From: an uncultured Planctomycetia bacterium | GTDB taxonomy: Bacteria > Omnitrophota > Gorgyraeia > 1-14-0-20-64-10 | Direction of reading: 5' to 3' | DNA: 64,000 bases | Assembly: GCA_964373715.1 (NCBI GenBank) | Contig: CAYJVR010000005.1 | Span: 46,805 to 110,804 of the forward strand | In this document: piece after piece, positions 34,608 through 43,389 of the stretch | Position numbering within the stretch: position 1 is the stretch's first letter | How the letters are laid out: every line of letters begins with the position of its first letter | Notes under the pieces: generated by a model | Seen by the model: the letters and a program-made list of their open reading frames with translations, nothing else | The model's database searches: none | Told to the model about the DNA's origin: nothing | Position numbers and translations under genes: made by a program

Positions 34608-36516
34608 TCTTCATCTGTTCCGTGACGGCCCAGGTCTCCTTGATGAAAGAATCCTTGGACGCCGCCTTATGCGCCTGGGTATAATCCTCGATCACTTCGG
34701 CGCCGCGCTTGTCGTCCTTCTCCTTGGAAATCTGGACGTCCTGAGCGATCTTCTCCTGCATTGTGCTCAACTCCTCGAGCAGGGCGACCGGCTCCGCCTG
34801 CGGGAATTCCTGCTTCAGCAACGTTCTTTCATGTTCCCACCGGGCGTTGGAACCCGCGGCGCTTAAAAGCTGCTTAGCCGCCTCTTTGAGGTTCGAGGAA
34901 TTCTTGGAAGCCAAAACCTGAAGCTCCCTCTTCAAACCAAGAAGCACGTAATACCGGATATAGAAGGTATACGCCTCGACCCCTTTCTTCCTGGCGAACT
35001 CGAGAAGCACATTTTTCCCGAGACCCTCGATCTCGTTCGAGGTGTAATAATCTTTCTGGGCCTTGACCTCCAAGCGGCGGCGCGCGCCGACCATCATGTC
35101 TACGATCTCGGGCCGGAAAACTTCAAAGTCGAACGTGGACCTCTTGGCCTTGTTGCGCTTCTGGTACTTGCCCTCATTGCGCTTAACCATGTAGATATTG
35201 TCCGAGAGAACCCACCCCGGCATAATCTCCATATAAGCGGGGGAAACACCCGGATAGGCCGCAGCCGGCGTGTTGATGAGAGAAAACGGGAATTCCACCT
35301 TCTGCGGCAGCATCGTGGCGCCGCTGGCGATGATCGTATAGGGGGAGCCGGTCAAATCGGTGGGGAATTTTATGTTCACGCCCAAACCGAAGAAGGTCCC
35401 CTCCCCCGGCCAAATCTCCTGATCGGGCGCTTTCGCCGTATGGTTGGAACCGACGTTGGCCCCATAGCCGACGTTTCCCTTTCCTTCCGGCCAGAGAGCG
35501 GCGATTAAGAGGGCCTGGTGGTGAAACCCGACGAACGGCCCCAACAGCGCGCTCGTCACCTCCCCTTCGGCAACACCGGTGTTCGGCCCGAGGATGGAAT
35601 GGGTCACCTTGCCGTGCCGTTCGACATGCGAGTATTCCGTCAGATGGGAGGAATCCACAATCGCCCCGCTCGAAACCTCGGAACCCCACTGAAGGATGCT
35701 GTGCTTGACGATCGCGCCCTGAGAGATCTCGGTCGACTCGTCCGAGCTGCTTAAGACCGTGGCGTGAGCCACCAGCTGGGCGCTGTCGATATGGGCTGAC
35801 TCTCCCAAAAAGACACCCACCACCTTAGGGGTGTGCAGGATCGTGGCCGAAGGGCCGATCACGTTGCAGGGGGAGGAAACCTCCTTGACGTACGCCTCGA
35901 TCCCCTTGGCATAGTTCTCCAGCAAGGTCTTATCACCGCGGGAACGGGTGAGGACCCATGCGTCATCAATCGTGAGCTCGGCGAAAAGCTGGACCTCGCG
36001 GCCGCCCGTTTCAATGGCGATCAAAACCTCGAGGCCGTTGGCAAAATTCTCCGTCCCGTCAATCGTCAGGACACCGACATCGAAAAGAACGGCCCCCTCT
36101 CCGATCACGCTGCGGTTGACTAAGCGGACGTTGCGGACAAACGCGTTTTTGCCGACGACGCAGTGCGCCAGCGTGACGTGGGACAAGCCGGTCGGGAAAA
36201 CAGTGCCCTCAACCGCCACCGTCCCGGCAAAAGAAGACAGAAGGACCGGCCCGGCGAAATGGCAGCGGTTTACCCTCTTCGGGTCAAAGCCGGCGCCCGC
36301 CCAGACCTCTTTCCAGTTCTCGGCGGTATTGCCCAGTGCTTTTAGCTGCTTGAGTTGGGCGGCCGTCAACGGCTTATAGCCGGCCTTTTTCAGCCGCGCC
36401 GGCGTGGAAGTAAGAAGAGAATAAGAAGCCTTCGCCTTGGAAACACCCTTTACCAGATCGGAAGAAGAACGGGCCTTTTCAAGAGCTTTGAGAAGATCAT
36501 GATCCGGAAGATTCAT
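34525..36516 (-). CDS. Left-handed beta-helix (hexapeptide-repeat) protein that I identify from memory as DUF4954-like; a stand-alone paralog of the C-terminal module of the 3358-aa giant protein
   Basis: 663 aa. Alignable over essentially its whole length to giant-protein residues encoded at about 6600-8560 (for example HSILGPNTGVAEGEVTSALLGPFVGFHHQALLIAALWPEGKGNVGYGANVGSNHTAKAPDQEIWPGEGTFFGLGVNIKFP against ...GSVLGPNTGVAEGEVTAALVGPFVGFHHQALLIAAVWPEGKGNIGYGANVGSNHTGKEPDQEILPGEGTFFGLSVDIKYP). Lies immediately downstream of nagB. Confidence 0.8.
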   Translation of the reverse strand: MNLPDHDLLKALEKARSSSDLVKGVSKAKASYSLLTSTPARLKKAGYKPLTAAQLKQLKALGNTAENWKEVWAGAGFDPKRVNRCHFAGPVLLSSFAGTVAVEGTVFPTGLSHVTLAHCVVGKNAFVRNVRLVNRSVIGEGAVLFDVGVLTIDGTENFANGLEVLIAIETGGREVQLFAELTIDDAWVLTRSRGDKTLLENYAKGIEAYVKEVSSPCNVIGPSATILHTPKVVGVFLGESAHIDSAQLVAHATVLSSSDESTEISQGAIVKHSILQWGSEVSSGAIVDSSHLTEYSHVERHGKVTHSILGPNTGVAEGEVTSALLGPFVGFHHQALLIAALWPEGKGNVGYGANVGSNHTAKAPDQEIWPGEGTFFGLGVNIKFPTDLTGSPYTIIASGATMLPQKVEFPFSLINTPAAAYPGVSPAYMEIMPGWVLSDNIYMVKRNEGKYQKRNKAKRSTFDFEVFRPEIVDMMVGARRRLEVKAQKDYYTSNEIEGLGKNVLLEFARKKGVEAYTFYIRYYVLLGLKRELQVLASKNSSNLKEAAKQLLSAAGSNARWEHERTLLKQEFPQAEPVALLEELSTMQEKIAQDVQISKEKDDKRGAEVIEDYTQAHKAASKDSFIKETWAVTEQMKNEIHQLLSALGKSNSGSKQYAGQGASA

Positions 36517-36601
36517 TCAAGCCTCCAAATTCCAAGTGGGCCGCCGGAGAAAACCTCTCCGGGCGGCCCACTTTTTGTGAACAGGTTTCCCTTTATCGGG
36601 T

Positions 36602-37369
36602 TTACGACAAAACAAGCACGCGCGGCTCGGCCGGATACTCGCGTGTCAGCTTAGTAGATGCGGCCTTATCGATAGTGATGGTCGCCTTCGGATGCAGCTG
36701 GACAATCGTCGCCGGCACCATCGCGGTGATCGGCCCCTCAACCGTTTTCTGGATCGCTTCAGCCTTTCCAGCGCCGTTGGCAACAAGGACCAGCTGCCGA
36801 GCGTCCATAATAGTCCCAATTCCCATCGTGATTGCATATTTCGGGACCTCATTGAGGTTCCGAAAGAACCGGGCATTATCCTGCCGGGTCTTCTCATCGA
36901 GCGTCTTGACGCGGGTTCTCGAACCGAGCGAAGAACCGGGCTCGTTGAATGCAATGTGCCCGTTGGAACCAATACCCAAAAGTTGAACATCCAAACCGCC
37001 AGACTTGACGATCTGCTCCTCATACCAGCGGCAAAAACCGGGAATATCTTTGGCAGTCCCATCCGGAATATGAACGTTCTTGGAGTTCACGTTAATGTGC
37101 TTGAAAAGGTTTTCCCACATGAAAAAATGGTAGCTCTGGGGATGATCATGCGTGAGGCCGACATATTCATCCAGGTTGAAAGTGACCGTCCGGGAGAAAT
37201 CAAGACCTTCCTCTTTATGCAGCCGGATGAGTTCCTTGTAGGTCCCTAAGGGGGTTGAACCTGTTGCTAACCCAATGATAGCGCGCGGTTTACGGCGGAT
37301 AATATCAGCGATTATCTCGGCCGAAAGCTTCGAAACATCCTCATATGAGTCCTTAATGATCACTTCCAT
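36602..37369 (-). CDS. nagB: Glucosamine-6-phosphate deaminase
   Basis: 255 aa. GLATGSTP, TFNLDEYVGL, GIGSNGHIAFNEPGSSL ... SRTRVKTL and KYAITMGIGTI match E. coli NagB block for block. GGAGGAG lies upstream. Confidence 0.92.
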   Translation of the reverse strand: MEVIIKDSYEDVSKLSAEIIADIIRRKPRAIIGLATGSTPLGTYKELIRLHKEEGLDFSRTVTFNLDEYVGLTHDHPQSYHFFMWENLFKHINVNSKNVHIPDGTAKDIPGFCRWYEEQIVKSGGLDVQLLGIGSNGHIAFNEPGSSLGSRTRVKTLDEKTRQDNARFFRNLNEVPKYAITMGIGTIMDARQLVLVANGAGKAEAIQKTVEGPITAMVPATIVQLHPKATITIDKAASTKLTREYPAEPRVLVLS

Positions 37370-37461
37370 GGCTAAAAAAAACTCCTCCTTTTTTATCTCT
37401 TCTGATTGACCAGCTCTGGGTTTTGGAAGCTGCTGGGGTAAAGATTCTTATATCACGAAAG

Positions 37462-37482
37462 GAAGCCTTCGGTCAAGGCCTT
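37462..37482 (-). terminator. Weak intrinsic-terminator-like hairpin GCCTT-cggtc-AAGGC about 13 nt past the stop of the 37492..38043 gene, flanked by A/T runs on both strands (possibly bidirectional)
   Basis: Read directly: gaagccttcggtcaaggccttttaggcttttt. The stem is only 5-6 bp. Confidence 0.3.
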
Positions 37483-37491
37483 TTAGGCTTT

Positions 37492-38043
37492 TTACCAAGG
37501 GACGCGGGACTCCTTTTCAGGAACTGAACCGAAAGTCTTGTCCACAACTCCATCGAAATTCTCATCCGCCTTCCCGCCGATCGCCTTTGCACCCGATTCC
37601 CCGTAGTAGAACCATGTGTCGGGTTTTCCATCAAAGTTTTTATCCCGGATCACCAGGTCTTTCAAACCATCCTTGTAGAAAACCCAGGCATCCGGCTTAC
37701 CGTCAAAACCCAGATCAAAATGCTCCTTATCCGGCTTCCCATTGACATAGGACCGGAACATATCCGGCTTACCGTCATTGTTCCGGTCCACCTCGGCCCT
37801 CACCGGCTTATCCGCCTCCATAAAGATATGGATCTCAGGCGCGCCGTCGCGGTTCCTATCCCTATCCACACGGATAAGCCGGTCCCCCTCATAAACCCTC
37901 CACTCATCCGGTTTCCCGTCCGAATCGGTGTCTCTGGGTTCCAGCCTCTCCTCGGCCCGCGCCGGCAACGCGCACAAGGCAATGGTCAGCGCCATCGAAA
38001 AGAAGATGCCGAAGACCCCTTTCCTATAGGCTATGCGTTCCAC
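37492..38043 (-). CDS. Secreted repeat protein with about 7 DGKPD/DxDxDG-like (EF-hand-like, putative Ca-binding) repeats, 183 aa
   Basis: Signal peptide, then repeats DSDGKPDEW, DRNRDGAPE, DRNNDGKPDMF, VNGKPDKEHF, GFDGKPDAW, DKNFDGKPDTW and DENFDGVVDK. Confidence 0.65.
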   Translation of the reverse strand: MERIAYRKGVFGIFFSMALTIALCALPARAEERLEPRDTDSDGKPDEWRVYEGDRLIRVDRDRNRDGAPEIHIFMEADKPVRAEVDRNNDGKPDMFRSYVNGKPDKEHFDLGFDGKPDAWVFYKDGLKDLVIRDKNFDGKPDTWFYYGESGAKAIGGKADENFDGVVDKTFGSVPEKESRVPW

Positions 38044-38059
38044 TCTATGCGCCCTCTTT

Positions 38060-38650
38060 TCACTCCAAAAGTTTCAGCGTATCCGCCAGATAACTGACCT
38101 TTCTGTGGAGCTCCTGCCCCGCCGAAGGGAGCTTCTGGAGATCCGCCCGCAGAGCAGACACCGTCTCTTGAAGCGACTTAATCAGGTCTTTCCTCTCACG
38201 GATGCGCGGGCCCAACTGGGCCGTCACCTCGTTGATCAACTGGGCGACATCCTTCAGCTCGTCGTAGGGACGAAGCACCAGGGGCGCCAAATCGAACTCC
38301 CCTTTCGCCATGAGCCTCAAGTAGCGCTTAATACGCACCAGCGGACCTGCGACCGTGTGGGAAAGAAACAGCGTGATGAGGATCGCCACCGGCAGGATGA
38401 GCAGGAACCCGATCGACAGGCGCACATAAATCAAACGGAGGATTTCAACAAGACGCCCCTGAGGATAGACCTGGGAGAGCCTTTCGACCAGATGAACCCA
38501 GCCGGTGTTATAGACGATGCCGAGCGATATGCCGAAGAAAACAAGCAGGAGCAGGAAGGTGACGACCATGTATCGCACCTGGAGCGATACATCGGTGATA
38601 AACTGCGCACGCCGGAATTTACCCCCCATGCCTTTATTCCTCCTTATCAA
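38060..38650 (-). CDS. Small two-TM membrane protein with a HAMP-like domain, 196 aa (start may be the internal Met)
   Basis: TM1 VVTFLLLLVFFGISLGIVY, TM2 IGFLLILPVAILITLFL, then a HAMP-like segment SHTVAGPLVRIKRYLRLMAKGEFD and a coiled coil. Confidence 0.6.
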   Translation of the reverse strand: MIRRNKGMGGKFRRAQFITDVSLQVRYMVVTFLLLLVFFGISLGIVYNTGWVHLVERLSQVYPQGRLVEILRLIYVRLSIGFLLILPVAILITLFLSHTVAGPLVRIKRYLRLMAKGEFDLAPLVLRPYDELKDVAQLINEVTAQLGPRIRERKDLIKSLQETVSALRADLQKLPSAGQELHRKVSYLADTLKLLE

Positions 38651-38704
38651 AATAACTGCCGTTCCACGGACGAACAGACAAACTTCCCTTAGGAATGGAT
38701 ACGA

Positions 38705-39652
38705 TCATTCCCTCTTGACCATAATATCGCGGCGAATGACGAGGGGAACATCCCCCTTCGCCTCTTTGAAAAGCTTGCGTGCTTCGGCTAACGGCATATA
38801 CCGTGTAGGAAAGCCGTTGATCTCGACAATCCTGTCCTGCATAAGAAGACCCGCCTTCACGGAGGCCCCTTTCGGATCCTCCTCCTTCACCGTTAACCCC
38901 AAAGGCTCCATCGTGAGTTCCATGCCGGGCCATTTGGCCTTTTTATCCGATTTGGAAAGAAGGACTTTGCGCCCGATAGTCACCCTGACGGGAGAACCGG
39001 CAGGCCCCAGAAGAGTCTTTGCCAGCTCCTCAACCGTCATGAAAGAAAGCGAGTATCCCCAAGCGGTCACTAAAGAGTCGCCGACCGCTATGCCGGACCT
39101 GGCCGCCAACGAATTGGGCTTAACAGCCTGGACCTCCGGCCGGTCCACCTTGATTTGAACGGTGAGCCCCCAACGGTTCTGGAGCACCCCCACTGGATCA
39201 GGATAATCTTCGGCCGCTTGCGCCTTGCGCTTGAGATCGGCTAGCCGGTTCAGCGAATCTTCCGCGTTGAAAAAACCCGGCTGAATCTGCAGAGCGCGCC
39301 TGTAGAACATTTGGGCCGTCGTGAAATTCTTTTCCTCGATCGCCTGGTTGCCCATAAACAGATAATTGCGCTCCGGATCGTCGTAGAAAACCTCCTGGAT
39401 ATCTTTGCGGAGGATCGTCCATTCTCCCGCCTCAGTGCTGACAACGATCCGGTCATGATGTTCTTCGATCACCAACCCTTTCAAGTTCTCGCCGGACTTG
39501 TAATAGACCACGTCAGCATAAGAAGGACACGCGACAAAAGACATGAGCAAGAAAAACAATCCCGCAAGAAGAACGAACCGGTTCTTTCTTCCCTTGCCCC
39601 CCGCCCCCTGTCTCCCGTCTCTTCGCACGGATTCACTCATGCGGCACCTCAA
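38705..39652 (-). CDS. Secreted protein with two PDZ-like domains, 315 aa (probable start at MSESV...)
   Basis: Signal or TM segment FVLLAGLFFLLMSFVA. PDZ-like segments GLTVQIKVDRPEVQAVKPNSLAARSGIAVGDSLV and GLTVKEEDPKGASVKAGLLMQDRIVEINGFP. Confidence 0.6.
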   Translation of the reverse strand: MRCRMSESVRRDGRQGAGGKGRKNRFVLLAGLFFLLMSFVACPSYADVVYYKSGENLKGLVIEEHHDRIVVSTEAGEWTILRKDIQEVFYDDPERNYLFMGNQAIEEKNFTTAQMFYRRALQIQPGFFNAEDSLNRLADLKRKAQAAEDYPDPVGVLQNRWGLTVQIKVDRPEVQAVKPNSLAARSGIAVGDSLVTAWGYSLSFMTVEELAKTLLGPAGSPVRVTIGRKVLLSKSDKKAKWPGMELTMEPLGLTVKEEDPKGASVKAGLLMQDRIVEINGFPTRYMPLAEARKLFKEAKGDVPLVIRRDIMVKRE

Positions 39653-40599
39653 TCCTTGGCCAGTTTACGATAACTTTCGTAATGATGGATGGCTATCCCG
39701 CCGAAACTAGACTTGTGGCCGAAAGCAATGTTGACCTTCTTGATCTCCCGCGTCAAATCCGCATAGGTCTGCCCCCCGAACGTGACGTAGGCCGGGAAAA
39801 GCCCATCCTGGGTTTCCTGTCCAACGACAACCGTTTTGCCGGTCGCCTCCGCGTAATCAATCTCCTTCTGGACCAGTTGGATCGTTCCGTCGGGGCCTTC
39901 GGCAAAATTCCGGTAGGCAAGAACCGTCACGGAATCCACCATATCCAGCACGTGTTGGGAAGCCGCTTTAATCTGCCCATGCCAGAGAATACGGTAGTTC
40001 GGGTCGTCGTCAAACCAAAAAGGGATATCCGCGCCAAAATGCAGAGGCTTCGGATCAAGCTGCAGGAGTTCAGCTATTTTTGCGTTGAGATCAAGGAATC
40101 CGCCCAGAAGTTCGGCCGGCCTCTCATTCCAGGATTTTGACAGGAGGTAGACTTCGATATCGGTGTGGATGCCGTCGAAACGTTCCTGGGAGGAAACAGC
40201 GGCATTAAGCTGGCGGACCGATTCGACCCATTGCATGGGGATAGGATGGTAGCGGGTCATCCCCCATCGGGGATCACCCGCCAGCGCATAGACCATCAAA
40301 CCGGACGAATGGGCCTGGCGGTTGAAATCCCGATAGACCTGGTCCATGGGGGCCTTGAGGTTATAGGCCGCCATGTAGAGGGTATCAATACGGTGGACGC
40401 GGCAGAAATCAAGGAGCTGGGCCCGGGAGTCCGCTCTTACTAAAACAGCGGCATCCCAAACCCACATCGCACGGGAGGGCCCCTCCAGGACAGCCGGCGC
40501 AGAATTGACGGCGGCAGGGGGAAAAAGAACCGCCGCCGCGGCAACAACCCGCAGCAGGCCGAAAAACCAACTCCGCTGTCCCGTTTTAGAGATCGTCAC
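39649..40599 (-). CDS. Secreted glycoside-hydrolase-like TIM-barrel protein, 316 aa; homologous to the central domain of the 764-aa protein
   Basis: Signal peptide. Colinear similarity to 764-aa residues TWVWKYDP ... GGLAIHCYDSYRLL (here AMWVWDAA ... GGIAIHHYESYRKL). Confidence 0.65.
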   Translation of the reverse strand: MTISKTGQRSWFFGLLRVVAAAAVLFPPAAVNSAPAVLEGPSRAMWVWDAAVLVRADSRAQLLDFCRVHRIDTLYMAAYNLKAPMDQVYRDFNRQAHSSGLMVYALAGDPRWGMTRYHPIPMQWVESVRQLNAAVSSQERFDGIHTDIEVYLLSKSWNERPAELLGGFLDLNAKIAELLQLDPKPLHFGADIPFWFDDDPNYRILWHGQIKAASQHVLDMVDSVTVLAYRNFAEGPDGTIQLVQKEIDYAEATGKTVVVGQETQDGLFPAYVTFGGQTYADLTREIKKVNIAFGHKSSFGGIAIHHYESYRKLAKD

Positions 40600-41510
40600 T
40601 CCAGAGAGAGGTCGTCAAGATAAACCGTCCCGGCATGCCCGGCATCCGTGAACAGATCCCCCTCAAAAACGATCGAAATTGCCGCCAGCTGGGAATGGTC
40701 AATGAAGTACTCATCCAAAGGAATGGTTGCTTTCTGCCATTCCTTTGTGATCTTACCCTTAGGCAGATATTTGCCGATTTCCTGGGATTTGACGGAATCT
40801 CCGACCCGGTCCCAGTGCCTGTCCGAAACGCCGACAACGAAGTTTTCATCCCCATTCTCGCCGCGGACCCAGAAGGTAACCGCCTTGTAGTCCGTCGCGT
40901 CGAGGAACTGCTCCTCCACGGGGCCGGGGTTCGGGTTTTCCGCAGTCGGGGCAACCAAAGCGCCCGGAGATTTTAACAGCGTGTAGTAGCCGCACCACCC
41001 GCCGGAATCATACGGCCCTCCCTGATTCTGCTTCTCATACCGGAGCAGGAGGACCTGGGTCCGCCTTCCCTCGACCGTCTCCTCCCTCCTGCTGACCATA
41101 GCCTTAGATGGGGCCTTGATGAAAACGTTGGCCCTGTTGTCCATTTTGTTCTTGATCTCAGACCCCTCAAAATCGTCCACAACCAGCTTCGGCTGAGCCG
41201 ACGGAGCGAGCGTTGACGCGGAGACCTTCGCCGAACCGGCGGGAGCCACGACCTGCCCCGCCGCAGGAGCCGCCACGGACTCAGCGGCCGCAAATGTCGC
41301 CGAAGAAACGATCCCCCCGATCAGCGCGGCGCCGAGCGCCCATCCGACAACATTGCTTTTTGAGCTTTTCACGAACTGAGCGTTCATCGTACTCTCCTCC
41401 TTACTCGAGTGTGACATCGTCCACATAAATCGTGCCGGTCCCCGCGCCGCCGGGGAGAACCGACCCTTCAAAACAGATGGCAATCGAAGCCAACTCTTTG
41501 AGATCCACAA
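40596..41510 (-). CDS. Secreted protein with one CBM-like beta-sandwich module (GGWCGYYTLL family); the real start is probably MNAQF at about 41387
   Basis: Signal peptide VVGWALGAALIGGIVSSATFAAA. Module GGWCGYYTLL ... TFWVRGENGDENFVVGVSD ... EWQKATIPL ... GTVYLDDLSLE. Confidence 0.7.
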   Translation of the reverse strand: MWISKSWLRLPSVLKGRFSPAARGPARFMWTMSHSSKEESTMNAQFVKSSKSNVVGWALGAALIGGIVSSATFAAAESVAAPAAGQVVAPAGSAKVSASTLAPSAQPKLVVDDFEGSEIKNKMDNRANVFIKAPSKAMVSRREETVEGRRTQVLLLRYEKQNQGGPYDSGGWCGYYTLLKSPGALVAPTAENPNPGPVEEQFLDATDYKAVTFWVRGENGDENFVVGVSDRHWDRVGDSVKSQEIGKYLPKGKITKEWQKATIPLDEYFIDHSQLAAISIVFEGDLFTDAGHAGTVYLDDLSLE

Positions 41511-42036
41511 GGAATGTACTTAAAGGAACCGTGGCCTTCTGCCACTCGGTGGTCAGCTTGCCCGCCGGCAGATATTTGCCGATCTCTTCCGACTTCACCG
41601 AATCACCGACTTCGTCCCAATGCCTATCCGCGACACCAAGCACAAAATTCTCGCCGCCCGTCATCCCTTTGACCCACAGCGTAATCGTCTGGAACGTAGT
41701 GGCGTCGAAATAGCGGGACCCGGCTTTCAGCAGAGTGTAGTAGCCGCACCACCCGCCGGAATCGTACGGCCCTCCCTTGGCCTTTTTATCATACTTCACC
41801 ATCAGCGCTCCGGCCCCTTCATGAACCTGTTCTTTGACCCGAAGAGCCAAGGCCCGCGAGGGCTCCTGAACGTAGGTGTTTGACCGACCGCCCATTTTGT
41901 TGGCGGAACCTTCAAAATCGTCTATGACCTGCATCGCATGGGCGGACCCGATCCCCCACAAGAGAAAACCCGCGATAGAAAAAACAATGCCGAAAAACCG
42001 AACCGATTCTTTTCTCATGGCGTTTATTCTCCCCAA
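41401..42036 (-). CDS. Secreted protein, single CBM-like module paralog, 211 aa (start probably at 42018)
   Basis: GGWCGYYTLL ... LWVKGMTGGENFVLGVAD ... EWQKATVPL ... GTIYVDDVTLE. Confidence 0.7.
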   Translation of the reverse strand: MGRINAMRKESVRFFGIVFSIAGFLLWGIGSAHAMQVIDDFEGSANKMGGRSNTYVQEPSRALALRVKEQVHEGAGALMVKYDKKAKGGPYDSGGWCGYYTLLKAGSRYFDATTFQTITLWVKGMTGGENFVLGVADRHWDEVGDSVKSEEIGKYLPAGKLTTEWQKATVPLSTFLVDLKELASIAICFEGSVLPGGAGTGTIYVDDVTLE

Positions 42037-43358
42037 TCCTTGAGCATATCCTCTTGACTCTTGCGGATAAACCGCAGGTTATCGATAAACAAAGCCCCCT
42101 TCCCCGGCCTGGGGAAGTTGATCACAAATGATCCCATCTGAGTCCAATCTAGCTTACCAAAATCGGACAGCGGTATCACTACTTCTTGCCAATCGGCCGT
42201 CACTCCGTTCGGCAGGTACTTGTCCACCGTCCCCGCCTTGACGGAGTCGCCTATCGTCAGCCACGACTTGTCGGCCATGCCGACCTCAAAAAACTCCCCC
42301 CCCTTTTCGCCGCGCACCCAGAATGATACGCTTTTGTAGGGGGTCAAGTCAAAATAAGCCCCGTCAATCTGGTTCAACAGCGTGTAGTAGCCGCACCAGC
42401 CGGTCGTGGATTTGTCCACACCAAGCCTCAAAGACCTGCCCTTATCGCCAAAGTGCGGCTCGGCCACGCGGCTGAACTCGCACACCGAAGGAAGCCTCTT
42501 GTAGGCGTTCGCCTTCCTGCCGAGAAGATTCAAGTCGCAGTGGTCAAAATCGTCCAGCAGGAGCTCCCCCTTCTCCATGATCTGCGATTCCCGGTCCACC
42601 AGCAGGTCTTTATGGAACTCAATGTCCGACACCCAGAAAGCACCCTCGCCGTCTTCGTTGAAATTAAAAACGATCGTGTACACCTTATTCAGGTCGGCCC
42701 CGAAAAAATCTTCCAGAGGGACCACCACCTTCTGCCACTCGGTGGTAACGCCGTTGGGCAGGTACCGGTAGATGGACCCGGCAATGACCGCGTCTTCTCT
42801 CTTGTTCGAGATCGTGTCGTTCATGCCGACCTCAAAGGTCTCACCCCCCTTTTTTCCCTTGATCCAAAAGGTCATCGTCAAATATTGGCTGACATCGGCC
42901 AAAATCACCACGTAACCGCCGGTAAAAGCAGGGAACGGGGTCTTCAAATACCGGAAATACATACCCTCGCCCGATTTGTCGGTCCGGTAGATTTTCCTGT
43001 CAAAGAAAACACCGTATTTGCACGGCTTCATCGCGTACCCGCCGATCCGGCCGCGTTGGGCGAACTGCAGCTCCCCCCAAAAAAGCTCAGTCCCTTCCGG
43101 CAGCGGCGGCACATCTCTTAAAGGAACCCCGCCGTCTATCGACACCTGTGTGATATTGGGAAAAGTTCCCCTGGGAGGCGCCACAGAGGCGGCAACCGCG
43201 GGGGCCGGCGCAACCGGAACTCCCTCGGCCTCCGCCGCTTCAGCGGGGCGGGGGGCGGGAGACAGGGGGCACGCAAGAAGAAAACTCAATCCGCTCATCC
43301 AGAGTATTTTTCCTATCCCGTGGCCCATGCCCCGCGCCCCCTGTCTCCCTCGCCCCAT
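42024..43358 (-). CDS. Secreted protein with two tandem CBM-like modules, 444 aa
   Basis: Module 1: FWIKGKKGGETFEVGMND ... EWQKVVVPL ... FWVSDIEFH. Module 2: TGWCGYYTLL ... FWVRGEKGGEFFEVGMAD ... DWQEVVIPL ... LFIDNLRF. Confidence 0.7.
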   Translation of the reverse strand: MGRGRQGARGMGHGIGKILWMSGLSFLLACPLSPAPRPAEAAEAEGVPVAPAPAVAASVAPPRGTFPNITQVSIDGGVPLRDVPPLPEGTELFWGELQFAQRGRIGGYAMKPCKYGVFFDRKIYRTDKSGEGMYFRYLKTPFPAFTGGYVVILADVSQYLTMTFWIKGKKGGETFEVGMNDTISNKREDAVIAGSIYRYLPNGVTTEWQKVVVPLEDFFGADLNKVYTIVFNFNEDGEGAFWVSDIEFHKDLLVDRESQIMEKGELLLDDFDHCDLNLLGRKANAYKRLPSVCEFSRVAEPHFGDKGRSLRLGVDKSTTGWCGYYTLLNQIDGAYFDLTPYKSVSFWVRGEKGGEFFEVGMADKSWLTIGDSVKAGTVDKYLPNGVTADWQEVVIPLSDFGKLDWTQMGSFVINFPRPGKGALFIDNLRFIRKSQEDMLKDWGE

Positions 43359-43389
43359 CCCTCCTGCCCCCTGTCCCGCGTCTCTTGTC